Shown here: positions 21,601 to 30,581 of the stretch, one piece after another
Layout of the letters: every line of letters begins with the position of its first letter
How positions within the stretch are numbered: position 1 is the first letter of the stretch
Source: a virus
Lineage: Duplodnaviria > Caudoviricetes
DNA length: 64,000 bases
Virus record (IMG/VR): IMGVR_UViG_3300020438_000029
Location: 3,462-67,461 of that record
Reading direction: 5' to 3' (one strand)
Program-made: the position numbers and the translations under genes
Notes under the pieces: model-generated
The model's database searches: none
What the model was told of the DNA's origin: nothing
The model's input: the letters and a program-made list of their open reading frames with translations, nothing else

Positions 21601-22990
21601 GAAGCGTGTGCGTACCAATCTCTAAAGTCATAATGCCTGTTGAAGGCGTATATGTAGCATCAGTAGGCGTATAATGTGTTGTTTCTGCCGGAGTCGATGT
21701 ATCTATAGTTTGTGTTACACCTACTTGATTTTGCGCATTCCACGGTGCGTTATAAAGGATATAATCTCTAATTAAATCTTGCAAAAATGCATGTGTGTCA
21801 ATTTCTGGTATTCTATTTCCGTCAACTTGTGCAACACCTTGATCCCAATAGTAACTTATTGATTTAGTAATGCTTTGATTGCCGCCATAACGGATATCGT
21901 GCAAATAAGAATCAATAATATAACCTACATCTCTTTCACACTTTGCTTGATTATATGTGTATCCAGTTTCCCATGTTACTTCGCTAACAATTTTAGATTT
22001 ATTATTAACTATAGAATTTTTTGCTTGTTGTATTACATTAGAAGTCCATCCAATACTACCGGTTGTTCTAGTTAATGCATCTAAAGTTGCTACTCCTGTT
22101 TCAATAACATCTGATGTAATATCAATTAATCCAGTTAATGTTGTTCCCTCTGATGCAGAAGCATTTGTACCTGATGTTACTTGCGCTGTACTGTTCCCGG
22201 CACTAACTGTTACAGCAGCACCTGTTGCTACTTCAGCAATAATTGTTTTTAATCTACCATAACCCGCAACTACTGCGTCTTGATGATCGCCAGTTAATCC
22301 TACTGCTGGATCAGCTGAGTTTGGAAATAATTTTGCAACATCAAAACTTGCTGAATTACCACCATATAGTATATCGTATGCTGCAGCTCGTATTGCATAC
22401 TTTACATCACACGATCCTTTTGTTAGTCCGTATGATTGATTAATATCGTATGAAGGATAATTTACAATCGTCCATGCTAAAACTTCATCTCTTAAAAATG
22501 TTTCGTTAGCTAAAAGTCTATCTTTTGCAGAAATTCTACTTGCTGTTGCATTAGTTGGATTAGGAAGCGATAGTGCGCTATATGCACCTGTTCGCATATT
22601 GTTTTTAATTTCATTAATTGTATCTTTAACCCTAGCTTTTGCTGTTGAATCAACAGCAACTTGAGGTATCAATAACATATGATTTAATGCTCTATCAATT
22701 GTTCTAAAAACAGTTTCTGAATTGTCAATTGAATAACTTTCTGCTCTTCCTAAAAATAAAGCATTATAGTTTGATCCAAATGCAACATCAAATGCTGTAC
22801 CTTCAATTATAAGACCAATATCTCTTTTACATTTAGCCGTGTCAGCAATTTCTTTATTAATGTATGCTGTGCTTTCTGCTTGCAAAAATGCTTTATTAGC
22901 ATTTAGTAGAGCATATGCATTCGGGTACAGATTTCCTTCTGAACCTAATCCTGGGGTAAATTTATAGTTTTTTACTTGTGTTTTTGCCAT
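15680..22990 (-). CDS. Giant virion structural / tail-fibre-like protein (2436 aa)
   Basis: Helical KCxRD repeats at the N-terminus; tandem G..Y..GD.L.I.G..L.G....ND..I.V beta repeats; Thr/Gly rich. Confidence 0.75.
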   Translation of the reverse strand: MAKTQVKNYKFTPGLGSEGNLYPNAYALLNANKAFLQAESTAYINKEIADTAKCKRDIGLIIEGTAFDVAFGSNYNALFLGRAESYSIDNSETVFRTIDRALNHMLLIPQVAVDSTAKARVKDTINEIKNNMRTGAYSALSLPNPTNATASRISAKDRLLANETFLRDEVLAWTIVNYPSYDINQSYGLTKGSCDVKYAIRAAAYDILYGGNSASFDVAKLFPNSADPAVGLTGDHQDAVVAGYGRLKTIIAEVATGAAVTVSAGNSTAQVTSGTNASASEGTTLTGLIDITSDVIETGVATLDALTRTTGSIGWTSNVIQQAKNSIVNNKSKIVSEVTWETGYTYNQAKCERDVGYIIDSYLHDIRYGGNQSITKSISYYWDQGVAQVDGNRIPEIDTHAFLQDLIRDYILYNAPWNAQNQVGVTQTIDTSTPAETTHYTPTDATYTPSTGIMTLEIGTHTLQADDKIIIRPDGITFTCALDSNATLHPYPRRAGVPNALQRDPYFNKPITITGVTATSITMNVGISSDTSLHTFSSAITGAVIAGASMRAVTLSQNTVDVLTNGITSLPTAETTGLGNIKIQGRYTSDELLLVTNTSKNEIIYNFSDPEAGAECVIKDHGADEDFPKYLQTTDAVTTINLTYNTTTHSSTDDLQIFVEKMENGKSVVTQRPYDFGTDAIERMRIAPPLSMLDADFEYGLQPTKWSAISMMRGYPSVYEIPGTDTQVLSVETDASDGTDGIGASLITVTTVSAHGFEVGTPITIKALETSIAGAARAEGSFVIISVPTNLSFQYYAKSKVGTADGEQLAAGYTQLRKGGFYTGAGIDGAEFDVLSNGSSGAMVSELIVQTGANTIPFDGNSPEVGSPLISPLIPVGSQVTNIIDNSAGGGEYLTLNIGSNANIGDTDIQLFDATGVVPNLALDRGDGVATFINNVVGSTVSLSSGLTSSLVSNTKTYPILTPTTVQPAGSGALLNIQRSGGSYSLSAIDLAGLNYEVGDKFLIDGTQLGGVTATNDMFGTVASITATGGIATVTLTGTAVAGTENYTGIAAPLAGGIGINPPQFNVTMANNAFTSVGVEGSPPNVSEDFVVNDRLLISGDQFPGGTSPANDLIIKVTGIQTAVSGETGNINTVVIESGTAPNADVLFPNVSFTTSSAGTTAEVDVRMQGTSYAVIVTVPGTGYSIGDTLLVSGTNLNGASPTNDATITIDNVGGSGDITAASISGTATNQQIVTPLTGTILAGTGALFDIALTPNNYAVTLNVGGLNFFVDQELKILGTELQGQTPANDITITITSVSGTGAITGFSSAGTATSGTETYLGLLLTNVNRPGSGAEFSVQRINGGYQEIDGDGGTQYEIGDVLTLNGSDMDGVNGDNDITITVTGVDTLNNNALTTFTTTQQPANPGTQVPLISTFTMTEATTGQMAANTAITFSAIATLEVTFPAAHGLVPGDTFITATSTDDGTNNHDLADGAFLVTNIPAIDKLRYTARAAGTITTDAATDPINGVLYARPDSFFVHRPFDGGVQLGTGGPQHGAQAIRQSKKYIRYQSGKGIMYTTGALFAPSYDLSTISAAGTELNSLITITTDDNDHGVQAGGIIRLLGVETPGYNSGVNPEVPPGFDYTVEEVLSERSFTVRSKRRLGDTTEIVLNSPTNTSPLVVAFDEAASGTNTHDIHNFFINETAPDGYAWGDINNSGSFTVDDTTDLINYLDGVSQAESLSTRIADTLAELKKRRNTAVVEDTIGAFKQEANIGFGAQMSVVAWHGATVRSGIFDDQNGIFWEFDGTNVSVNQRTGTQQVAGTIAIEVDGNLVTGTNTRFRDQLTAGDRVIIKGMTHVVTNVTSQTSCTVTPDFRGVTPATGAKMNLVIDKKVKSADFNLDTLDGNGPSGYDIDIAKMQMIGIQYSWYGAGFIDFMLRGQDGNFIFCHRMRNSNVNTEAFMRSGNLPVRYEVTNEGPPGKLAADLDASATTLELVDGSFFPEYGTVYIDNEIITFSGRSSNHLTGLTRGTTLTNFQAGAERTYSAGGAVPHDARTGVILISNTITPLISHWGSAFLTDGGFDEDRGYIFSYAEPGIDVSTTKQTAFMIRLAPSVSNAIIGDLGERELLNRAQLLLQGLEVTSDGVDTGNSNAPITGGIVVEGVLNPQNYPINPNDVGWTTLSGVAQGGQPSFAQVAAGGSVVWSTGEAATTATATALGSVVATMNNDDYPTWRRNTTLYYSTSMYEANGPIVVGSTVTGTNIRSDTTVTSVNVYTSYVAIRISRGVSNTIDNQQQTFTFNESLVGRNYAYLSKSEIDTAGVKQGTNLSNGGSVTFPANTQVNSVTAKQHGSTQFYEVQFNNSFSGTLTAGSGTVEFTFVQPPYAQPGETVFSFIATPGERATVDFSELKELTNTTLGGRGTFPNGPDVLAINVYKVGGTNVEANLILKWGEAQA

Positions 22991-22993
22991 GTT

Positions 22994-23914
22994 TTATAAT
23001 CCAAATGCTACTGAAAATGCTACTGCTGTTTTATCAACATATCCTTTATTTGCTACACTTTTCTTTGTTGTTAAAACATTATTAACATCAGCTGATGTAA
23101 ATGTAGCAGTCGAAGGTGTTGTTGCACCAATTGTCGTATTGTTAATAGTACTTTCTGTTATGTTACTAGTATTTATAGGAATCGACAACCCTGTACTATT
23201 AATTTCTCCTACAAAAGAACTGTTGTTTTTAATAACAATTTTATTTGCAGCGTCTAATTCTAAGTTTGTGTTTGACGTAATATTACTAATTCCAACACCA
23301 TTATAAGCAACACCATTAGTTGTTATTTTACCGTCAACAAATATATCGCCGCCAATCCCGGCGCCTCCCTTAACAACTAATGCGCCAGTATCACCACTTG
23401 TGGCGGCGGTTGTAGATGTAAGTACTAAATCACCAAACTGTCCTGCAGCATCAGTAATTGTAATTATATTGTAAAGGCCTGTAGCTACATCACCGTAATA
23501 TAATGTGTCTGGAGCATCTGCAGGTACTGTAAACTGTAGTACACCATCAGTATTACCCTGTGCCGCTGCTCCTGTAGTTATTACACCGTCGTCATGCGTA
23601 TGTTGTAATCCCGTATTATATAGTGTGCCCAGGTCGTCACTAAAAATACTAAATGTATTTTCAGTTAATTCTAAATTAAATGTAAATCGTGTAACTCTAG
23701 TAAGTGCTAAGGAAGGGTTTTGTGCAGCTTCTCCGTTAAGTTGGTAGTAGCCTATTTCGTCAGTGAATGAATAATCAGTTACCTGTGTACCGCCGCTGCC
23801 GCCTGCGCCGGCAGCTTGTATGCTAGTAGCAATTATATTACCTTGCTCGTCGACAGTAAAGTTTGGACTTGTAAATCCAAACTGGGAACTAAAAGGTTTA
23901 TTTACTACAGGCAT
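22994..23914 (-). CDS. Virion structural protein (fibre-associated)
   Basis: FTVPADAPDTLYY, GALVVKGGAGIGGDIFV and ANKGYVD fibre motifs; late box 23933-23938. Confidence 0.7.
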   Translation of the reverse strand: MPVVNKPFSSQFGFTSPNFTVDEQGNIIATSIQAAGAGGSGGTQVTDYSFTDEIGYYQLNGEAAQNPSLALTRVTRFTFNLELTENTFSIFSDDLGTLYNTGLQHTHDDGVITTGAAAQGNTDGVLQFTVPADAPDTLYYGDVATGLYNIITITDAAGQFGDLVLTSTTAATSGDTGALVVKGGAGIGGDIFVDGKITTNGVAYNGVGISNITSNTNLELDAANKIVIKNNSSFVGEINSTGLSIPINTSNITESTINNTTIGATTPSTATFTSADVNNVLTTKKSVANKGYVDKTAVAFSVAFGL

Positions 23915-23946
23915 CGATATCTCCGTTTAATATATTTATGCAAATA

Positions 23947-24339
23947 TTAATCTGCAAGGGTCTGGAAGTACGTTGCTGTGTACATTACCCTAGCTCCTTC
24001 TTTGCCTACAGCAGCCGGGCTTACAATTAACTGAAATGATGATTTATCAACAGATGCACTAACAGATAAGATGTCAGTACTTAACCCTGCTCTTCCAGTA
24101 ATTGTAATAGCTGCGTTATCAGGACCTGCAACTGCTAGTACTTGTATAGTTTCTTTATCATCGCGTCCGTTATCAGCAATGATAGTATAATTAGCACTCA
24201 TAATTTCACCAATGTGCCATTTATCTAATACAATATTTGAATGGAGGGATTTCCAATGATTCTTGTACGAGAATTGCGTATTGTTTTTTAGCCTTAGTGT
24301 GTTGTGGGCACCTTTAATAAAAAAATCTTTGAAGTCCAT
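23947..24339 (-). CDS. Small beta-rich structural protein
   Basis: 130-aa ORF with late box 24369-24374. Confidence 0.6.
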   Translation of the reverse strand: MDFKDFFIKGAHNTLRLKNNTQFSYKNHWKSLHSNIVLDKWHIGEIMSANYTIIADNGRDDKETIQVLAVAGPDNAAITITGRAGLSTDILSVSASVDKSSFQLIVSPAAVGKEGARVMYTATYFQTLAD

Positions 24340-24411
24340 GCTGTATCCTAAAGTTCAGTTTCTAGTATTATTTATCAATATATCTATAAGTAAAATATAA
24401 TAGGAGACTAC

Positions 24412-25137
24412 ATGTTTAATAAGAAGATTGTACTCAAGGCGCTAACTCCTGATATTAGTGTATTACAGACTGTTCCTGTAGCATTCGGTGAAAAGAAAGA
24501 AAAACCCAGTTGGCTTAAGACTATAAAAAGTACTGTGTCCCACTGGAATGAACGAATTGGACTACATGAAAAATCTGGAACTGTTGCAGTATGTCCTGGT
24601 ATTAGAGAATATTTATCAAATCCGATACACATTAACATGTGGGAAGATGTTGATATAAGAATTAACCCTGACGGAAGTTGGTCGAATACTCCGTCTGTAT
24701 CTGGAGGCGCTATTCCAATAGATATTTCAGAACATCCTGAAGATCAATGGAGAGGTCTGTATCCTGGAAAACGGATCGCCCTTAAATTGTCTAGCCCGTG
24801 GAAATTTACATGTAACCAAGACGTTGGGTTTTTGTTTACAGAATCGCACTATAGTACATCATATTTTAGAGAAAAAGGCATATGGTTATCTCCAGGATAT
24901 ACTAATTTTAAATGGCAATATGCTACTAATATTCATTTAAATTGTCCAGTAAAGGATCAACCTTATGTTATTACACTAAAACACGGAATGCCATTAATAT
25001 CACTATTTCCATTAACAGAAAGAGAAATTGATTTACAAGTTGAAAAAATGGATTTTAATCCATGGGCAGAACTTGGTGAACATTTTCCTAAAGTTAGATT
25101 TGGAAAATATTATAAACAGCCTGGATTTAAAAAATGA
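24412..25137 (+). CDS. Hypothetical protein (CP...PW...PG...G.PL pattern)
   Basis: 241 aa; SD AGGAG; distant similarity to the next ORF. Confidence 0.65.
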   Translation: MFNKKIVLKALTPDISVLQTVPVAFGEKKEKPSWLKTIKSTVSHWNERIGLHEKSGTVAVCPGIREYLSNPIHINMWEDVDIRINPDGSWSNTPSVSGGAIPIDISEHPEDQWRGLYPGKRIALKLSSPWKFTCNQDVGFLFTESHYSTSYFREKGIWLSPGYTNFKWQYATNIHLNCPVKDQPYVITLKHGMPLISLFPLTEREIDLQVEKMDFNPWAELGEHFPKVRFGKYYKQPGFKK

Positions 25138-25853
25138 AAACAGTGTATTGGGCGCCGTGGGATAGAATAGATTTATTAGAACCTATGTATTTAGGATTTA
25201 CTGAACCAGTAAATGTACTTGAAGATTTACAAAAAAGACAAAATAAAGAAAATAATCAAGATAACTTTTTAAATTGTCCAGCTTTTGTAAACAGTAGTAA
25301 AAATCTTTTTATGCTAAACAGTCCTGTTAATATAGATGTTGATATTTTTCCTGACCATCTAAGAAATAATCTTAGCGATAATATACCATTTAATGAAAGA
25401 AATTTTATTTTAAAACAGCCGTCTTTATTAAATGCTTATACTGTAAGATCTGCAGGCTCATGGATATTTTTTTGTGAGGAAGAATTAGAAATAGAATCCA
25501 TGCATCCGTATATGCACAAAACACCAGTTTCTGATGCAGGATTTTATGTTCCCGGAAGATTTGATATCTCACAGTGGTTTAGGCCATTAGAATATGCATT
25601 TCAAATGCACGAAGGTAACACAAATTTTAAAGTGGGTCAAGGTGATCCTTTAATGTATGTTAATTTTAAAACTAATGAAAAAGTAAAATTACAAAAGTTT
25701 TTTCTAACCGAAGAATTATTATCGTTGTCAATGAGTTGCGTAAGATTAAAAAATACTTGGAAGCAGAGAAATTTAAATAAATTATACGATATTTTTAAAG
25801 GTTCAAAAATAAAAAATCAATTAATAAAAAAAATCAAAGAAAATTTAATATAA
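25134..25853 (+). CDS. Hypothetical protein (CP...PG.FDI..WFRP pattern)
   Basis: 239 aa; ATGA overlap with the upstream ORF. Confidence 0.65.
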   Translation: MKTVYWAPWDRIDLLEPMYLGFTEPVNVLEDLQKRQNKENNQDNFLNCPAFVNSSKNLFMLNSPVNIDVDIFPDHLRNNLSDNIPFNERNFILKQPSLLNAYTVRSAGSWIFFCEEELEIESMHPYMHKTPVSDAGFYVPGRFDISQWFRPLEYAFQMHEGNTNFKVGQGDPLMYVNFKTNEKVKLQKFFLTEELLSLSMSCVRLKNTWKQRNLNKLYDIFKGSKIKNQLIKKIKENLI

Positions 25854-26429
25854 ATGATACACAGTTTATTTCCAACTACCGTATACAATATACAGATTGC
25901 TGATACAATGCGACTCGAGTTGTTAGACGCATGTAATAGCGTGTTGACAGATGTAGGTGAAGATCATTTACTGAATATAGAAGGTTGGAATAGTACATTA
26001 CACTCGGCACCTGATGAGTCAAATGTTATTAATAATATTCCTATAGTTATTGAAACATTTAAACTTATTAAAGAATCTATACAAGATTTTTTAAATCAAA
26101 GAAACCAACCATATTTTGAAGAAGATATGCAACACCCGTTTGGGTTTTTTAGTGATATGAAAAACAATGGACATTTACGTAGACATGCACATTTGGATTG
26201 TAAATTTAGTGGAATTATATATTTAGAAGTAGGCGATAATGTTCCTCCTTTAGTATTTCATGATCCTAGACCGTATACTAAATTTGAATCTAGTAAATAC
26301 TGTACTAATCCTGTTGTTACTATTCCGCCGCGACAAGGAATGATGTTGATATGGGATCACTGGTTAGAACATGAGGTGTATACAAAAACAAACGATAATC
26401 CTCGTAAAAGTTTTACGTTTAATATTTAG
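25854..26429 (+). CDS. Putative 2OG-Fe(II) oxygenase (TIGR02466-like)
   Basis: LFPT start, HAH, FSGIIYL, FHDPR, WLEHEV, RKSFTFN. Confidence 0.82.
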   Translation: MIHSLFPTTVYNIQIADTMRLELLDACNSVLTDVGEDHLLNIEGWNSTLHSAPDESNVINNIPIVIETFKLIKESIQDFLNQRNQPYFEEDMQHPFGFFSDMKNNGHLRRHAHLDCKFSGIIYLEVGDNVPPLVFHDPRPYTKFESSKYCTNPVVTIPPRQGMMLIWDHWLEHEVYTKTNDNPRKSFTFNI

Positions 26430-26437
26430 GAAACATA

Positions 26438-27037
26438 ATGGATAAAAATTTTAGAGAATCTATCCAATGGCTTAGCGTTCCAATACATTTTTGGGAGTTT
26501 AGTTTTGAGGATACCGACGAGTACTCTGTAGAAGAATTACACAATGATGTAGAGCGTGTTATTAAAGAAGTAGGCGATGCTAGAAATAAAGAAACAAATG
26601 TAAAGGCTACTATAATGACCGATTGGCTTATGACCGATCACAAGCCATTTAAATATATTTGCGATCATGTCGAATCTTTAATACAGCAATGGCACAAAGA
26701 AAAAAGTGACCTAGATTTAAAAACATTTATGACAACATGTTGGGGATCAATATATAATCGAGGAGACTACAGTGAACTACATGCGCATGTGCCTGCTTTG
26801 TATAGTTGGGTGTATTATGTAAAAGTAGACGACGATGCTGCTCCGCTTCATTTCCCACACGAACCCGGAATGTATTATAAGCCTAAATCTGGGGATGGGA
26901 TAATTTTTCCCGGTTGGTTATCACACCAAGTACAACAACATCAAAGCGATAATGAAAGAATTATTGTTGTAGGAAACGTTGAAGGAACTGGTGCAATTAG
27001 TTACCCTCAACGTTCATTTACAGATGTTAATTTGTAA
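26438..27037 (+). CDS. Putative 2OG-Fe(II) oxygenase (TIGR02466-like)
   Basis: HAH, SWVYYV, IFPGWLSHQV, RIIVVGN. Confidence 0.82.
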   Translation: MDKNFRESIQWLSVPIHFWEFSFEDTDEYSVEELHNDVERVIKEVGDARNKETNVKATIMTDWLMTDHKPFKYICDHVESLIQQWHKEKSDLDLKTFMTTCWGSIYNRGDYSELHAHVPALYSWVYYVKVDDDAAPLHFPHEPGMYYKPKSGDGIIFPGWLSHQVQQHQSDNERIIVVGNVEGTGAISYPQRSFTDVNL

Positions 27038-28862
27038 CTGTAATTAGTTTTCCGTATTCAGGAAGATACAAATATTCAATATCACAACTTGCTAGTGTAC
27101 GTATTGCATCATCAAGTGTTTCTACAAGAGGTTCACCACCTAAGTTAAAACTTGTATTAAAGATAATTGGACAACCTGTTGCATCCTTAAATGCTTTAAT
27201 AATATCATAGTAATGTTGATTCTGTTCTCTAGTAACAGTTTGAATACGACACGTTCCGTCGACATGAATAATCGCTGGAATCTTTTCTTCAATGCCTGGC
27301 TGGCAATTTACAGCATACATCATACTAGGGCTATCTTCCATGCCACGAAGATCAAACCATTCGTGTACATCATCTTGTAAAATACTGCCTGCAAATGGAC
27401 GGAAGTATTCCCTATGTTTTACACTATTAACAAAGTCTTTGCCGTTAGGGTCTGTTGGATCATACAAAATACTTCTATTACCTAAAGCACGTGGTCCTGC
27501 TTCAGAACGTCCTTGAAATAAGCTAACAATGTTTTTTGATGTAATTAGTTTTATAACATCTTCATTTGTTGCATCACTAACTGTTGCATTATATTTTTGT
27601 GCTGTTTCTTCTATTTCATCATCAGTATAATTGTATTCAAATCCAAGATATAATCCGTCAGTTGAATTATCGACTTTATCAAATTCTCCTTCAAGATCTT
27701 TGTATACTAACATTGCTGCCCCTATAGAAGTTCCAGCATCATTTGACACTGGCTCAACATAGATGTTGATACCTTCATCTTTAAGTGCTTCTAAGTAGTG
27801 ATAGTTTGCAACACAATTTAATCCATAACCTCCACTTATAACCACATTTTTATTACCAGATAGATCAACAGCTTTTCTAATTAGTCTTACGATTTCGTCT
27901 TGCGATTGTGTTTGTACAGCATATGCAAGATCTCTTCTATTTTCTAAAAATGTTAAATTTTCTACAGTTGGCATTTCTTCTTCATTCTGTGTAAATTCAT
28001 ATGCATCAGCATTTATATATGCACCGTTTGGATATGACGGAACGACAAAGTTTCTATTAGTTAGATTAAATGAAGTATGGCCAAACAGTTTAGGAATATT
28101 AGGATTTTCCTTGCCATAAGGAAATAATCCCATTGTTTTGCCTGCTTCAATAAAGTGCCAGCCACAAAAGTATGTTACTGCTTCATATGTTTTTACAATT
28201 CCTGCCGTATCTGAAATTACACACTCAAAAGTATGTCCTTCTGGGTCCATAAATGCCTCACCCGAAGATTCTTCAACTGTTGACAATGCTGAAGAAGCAG
28301 TAGCAACATGCTTATATAATGTACGAATATCATTTGGGTAGTTACAAGAAAAAATTGATTCAGTTTCCCAACCTGGTACTGATGGCATTCCAGTGCCATT
28401 GTGATCTTGTTTAGCAACCGCCATTACAGATCCTGCACCATCTACAATTACTGCAACAGCAGATTCAAATCCACTTCTATAAAACGCACATGCAGCATGT
28501 AGTTTATGATGTATTTTACCTAAGTTAATTACCTGAGGATGGCTTCCGTCAAAATTATTTTGACTATCATCCCTAGAAATTAGTCCTGTCTTCCTAGCAA
28601 AAGCAGTATATATATCCTCCCCTGAAAAATCGGCTTGTATTGTTTTTAAGTCTTCTGTTGTATGACAAATAACAAGATATTCTAATGTATCAGTATATTC
28701 TAATATTTTCATCATAGCTGTTGTTGGAGTGCCGTCGTACTTACGTCTTGATAAGCGTTCTTCTTCTATGGCAAAAACTACTTCACCGTTTTTTAAAAGA
28801 CATACACTTGCATTATGTCCACGTGTTATGCCTGCAATCCAAATATCTCTTTTGTTCGTCAT
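27027..28862 (-). CDS. O-carbamoyltransferase, NodU/CmcH family
   Basis: GHNASVCL, EEERLSRRK, HHKLHAA, VDGAG, GKTMGL, SGGYGLNCVAN, NDAGTSIGAA, EAGPRALGNRSIL, HVDGTCRIQTV, NTSFNLGGEPLV. Confidence 0.95.
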   Translation of the reverse strand: MTNKRDIWIAGITRGHNASVCLLKNGEVVFAIEEERLSRRKYDGTPTTAMMKILEYTDTLEYLVICHTTEDLKTIQADFSGEDIYTAFARKTGLISRDDSQNNFDGSHPQVINLGKIHHKLHAACAFYRSGFESAVAVIVDGAGSVMAVAKQDHNGTGMPSVPGWETESIFSCNYPNDIRTLYKHVATASSALSTVEESSGEAFMDPEGHTFECVISDTAGIVKTYEAVTYFCGWHFIEAGKTMGLFPYGKENPNIPKLFGHTSFNLTNRNFVVPSYPNGAYINADAYEFTQNEEEMPTVENLTFLENRRDLAYAVQTQSQDEIVRLIRKAVDLSGNKNVVISGGYGLNCVANYHYLEALKDEGINIYVEPVSNDAGTSIGAAMLVYKDLEGEFDKVDNSTDGLYLGFEYNYTDDEIEETAQKYNATVSDATNEDVIKLITSKNIVSLFQGRSEAGPRALGNRSILYDPTDPNGKDFVNSVKHREYFRPFAGSILQDDVHEWFDLRGMEDSPSMMYAVNCQPGIEEKIPAIIHVDGTCRIQTVTREQNQHYYDIIKAFKDATGCPIIFNTSFNLGGEPLVETLDDAIRTLASCDIEYLYLPEYGKLITVTN

Positions 28863-29788
28863 TAAGTTTTGTCCTCAATATCTTTAATTATTTTTTTAAT
28901 AATATCAGCAAGTTCTTTGTCATTAAAGTCCATTGTGCTATCATTTTTTCTATTTGCTATATCTGCATCAACGCCTTGTTCACACAACCTAATTGGAAAA
29001 TATTCAATTTTCGTATTTGGTTTTTGAAGTATCTGAAAATGATCTTTATATGTAACATTTTCTGCAAATGTACTTCCTAATATTACTGTACCAGGTTTAT
29101 TAAATGCTTTTGCCATATGTTGACCAACACTGTCACATCCAATAAAATAATCACATCCTTCAATAATGCCTGCCCATTGCCGCAGTCCTGTTTGTATTTT
29201 AAAGGTCGTATCATCTACTTCGTTGTTCTCTCCCATGTAGATTACATTATATTTCTTATGTAGTTCTTTTATAATTGTGTTATAATCTTTTACACTTAAT
29301 GATCTGCTCATTGGATCAATCATTTCATTTGCAATAGGAGCTGGTGTGGCAGATCTGCCAAATGGTTGTATTACTATTGTCTTTAATTTATTTTGTTGTT
29401 TAGAAGCATTCTCTAATGCATCTAATGCATTTAATTCTTCTTGTTTATTTAAACAAATTTTAATATTTGGTAAATCGCTATGATCGTCAGTTTCGTTAAT
29501 AATATGATCAAATGCTTCAGTTAGGTGTCTTGTTTGATTATAGTAACCGTGATCTTGATAAGGTTCAGGCTGTATTAAAATATTAGGCTGAATAATATCT
29601 TTAAATACGCCTTTATGTTCAGGGGTAAAAGTTAAATCTACAAGCTCAGGAATACCTACAAAAAAATCTAAACCGCTTCCGGATAGTATATAAAAGTTAG
29701 GGCCGTGTTTTTTGTGATACTTTAATAATGCTGGGATGGAGCATAGTACTCGACCTGCTCCTCCATTGATACTAAATACTTTTTTCAT
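28862..29788 (-). CDS. GT-B glycosyltransferase, GT9/heptosyltransferase-like
   Basis: INGGAGRV, IVIQPFG, FIGCDSVGQHMAKAF (GT9-type D-S-x-x-x-H-x-A motif), PGTVILGST; stop overlaps the carbamoyltransferase start. Confidence 0.75.
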   Translation of the reverse strand: MKKVFSINGGAGRVLCSIPALLKYHKKHGPNFYILSGSGLDFFVGIPELVDLTFTPEHKGVFKDIIQPNILIQPEPYQDHGYYNQTRHLTEAFDHIINETDDHSDLPNIKICLNKQEELNALDALENASKQQNKLKTIVIQPFGRSATPAPIANEMIDPMSRSLSVKDYNTIIKELHKKYNVIYMGENNEVDDTTFKIQTGLRQWAGIIEGCDYFIGCDSVGQHMAKAFNKPGTVILGSTFAENVTYKDHFQILQKPNTKIEYFPIRLCEQGVDADIANRKNDSTMDFNDKELADIIKKIIKDIEDKT

Positions 29789-29794
29789 GAAAAT

Positions 29795-29853
29795 GCTTCC
29801 TAGCTAACAGTTAGTTATATAATTAATTATATGTTGTCTGTTAGCTAGGAAGC
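29795..29853. repeat. Perfect 16-bp inverted repeat enclosing an AT palindrome, overlapping the GT9 SD
   Basis: GCTTCCTAGCTAACAG (29795-29810) and CTGTTAGCTAGGAAGC (29838-29853). Confidence 0.9.
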
Positions 29854-29867
29854 TAAATGTGGCTAAT

Positions 29868-30569
29868 TTATACGCCTAACACTGTTTTCATATGGGCGAT
29901 CCAAGCTGTTTGATCTGCTTCGACAGTTTCCATATGTGCAAGGTAAGATGCTTTGTCTTCGTCTGGTAAAACAATTTCAGATAATGTATGTTCTTGATCA
30001 GTTCCTTCTAAGAACGTAATCGGTTCTGGAAATTCAACAACATCCGGATCATCATTTACATCTGCTTTTACTCCAGCAATTACACGCTTCGTATCAGCTA
30101 ATACTTCTTCATAAAATGCTAAATTTTCAGCATTAATTTCTGGAATTTCTAATAGCTCTCTTATTGGGGTATAAACTGGCTTTGGAAAAGTTTTTGCTAT
30201 TTTTTTACGTGCTTCTAACGATCCGTTACGTGCAGCAGCTTCTAAATTAGCATCTGCGTCTGAATTGTCCGGTGTATAATCCGTTGCATCCTGTTCAGCT
30301 TTAATTTGTGCTCTAATTGCTTCTTCTTTTGCAACTGCAGCAGCATCACTCTCTTCTCGATCTGCTGCTAACAATGGTCCAATATCATCGTTATAATCGT
30401 CACTTCCCGGCACATAAAATTTAGAATTATGCCAATAGTTTCCAGCAACACATAGTTCATCATCTGATTCTAACCAAGTGTTATTGTCGTTATTAACTAA
30501 TAAATTCTCTGATTCAGTAGCAATTACTACGGCAATGCCTATTTTATTTGTTTTTGTTCTAAAATACAT
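29868..30569 (-). CDS. Acidic hypothetical protein, possible fibre assembly factor
   Basis: 233 aa; SD AAGGAG; directly downstream of the Cys/Gly-rich gene. Confidence 0.6.
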   Translation of the reverse strand: MYFRTKTNKIGIAVVIATESENLLVNNDNNTWLESDDELCVAGNYWHNSKFYVPGSDDYNDDIGPLLAADREESDAAAVAKEEAIRAQIKAEQDATDYTPDNSDADANLEAAARNGSLEARKKIAKTFPKPVYTPIRELLEIPEINAENLAFYEEVLADTKRVIAGVKADVNDDPDVVEFPEPITFLEGTDQEHTLSEIVLPDEDKASYLAHMETVEADQTAWIAHMKTVLGV

Positions 30570-30581
30570 TAATGTTACTCC

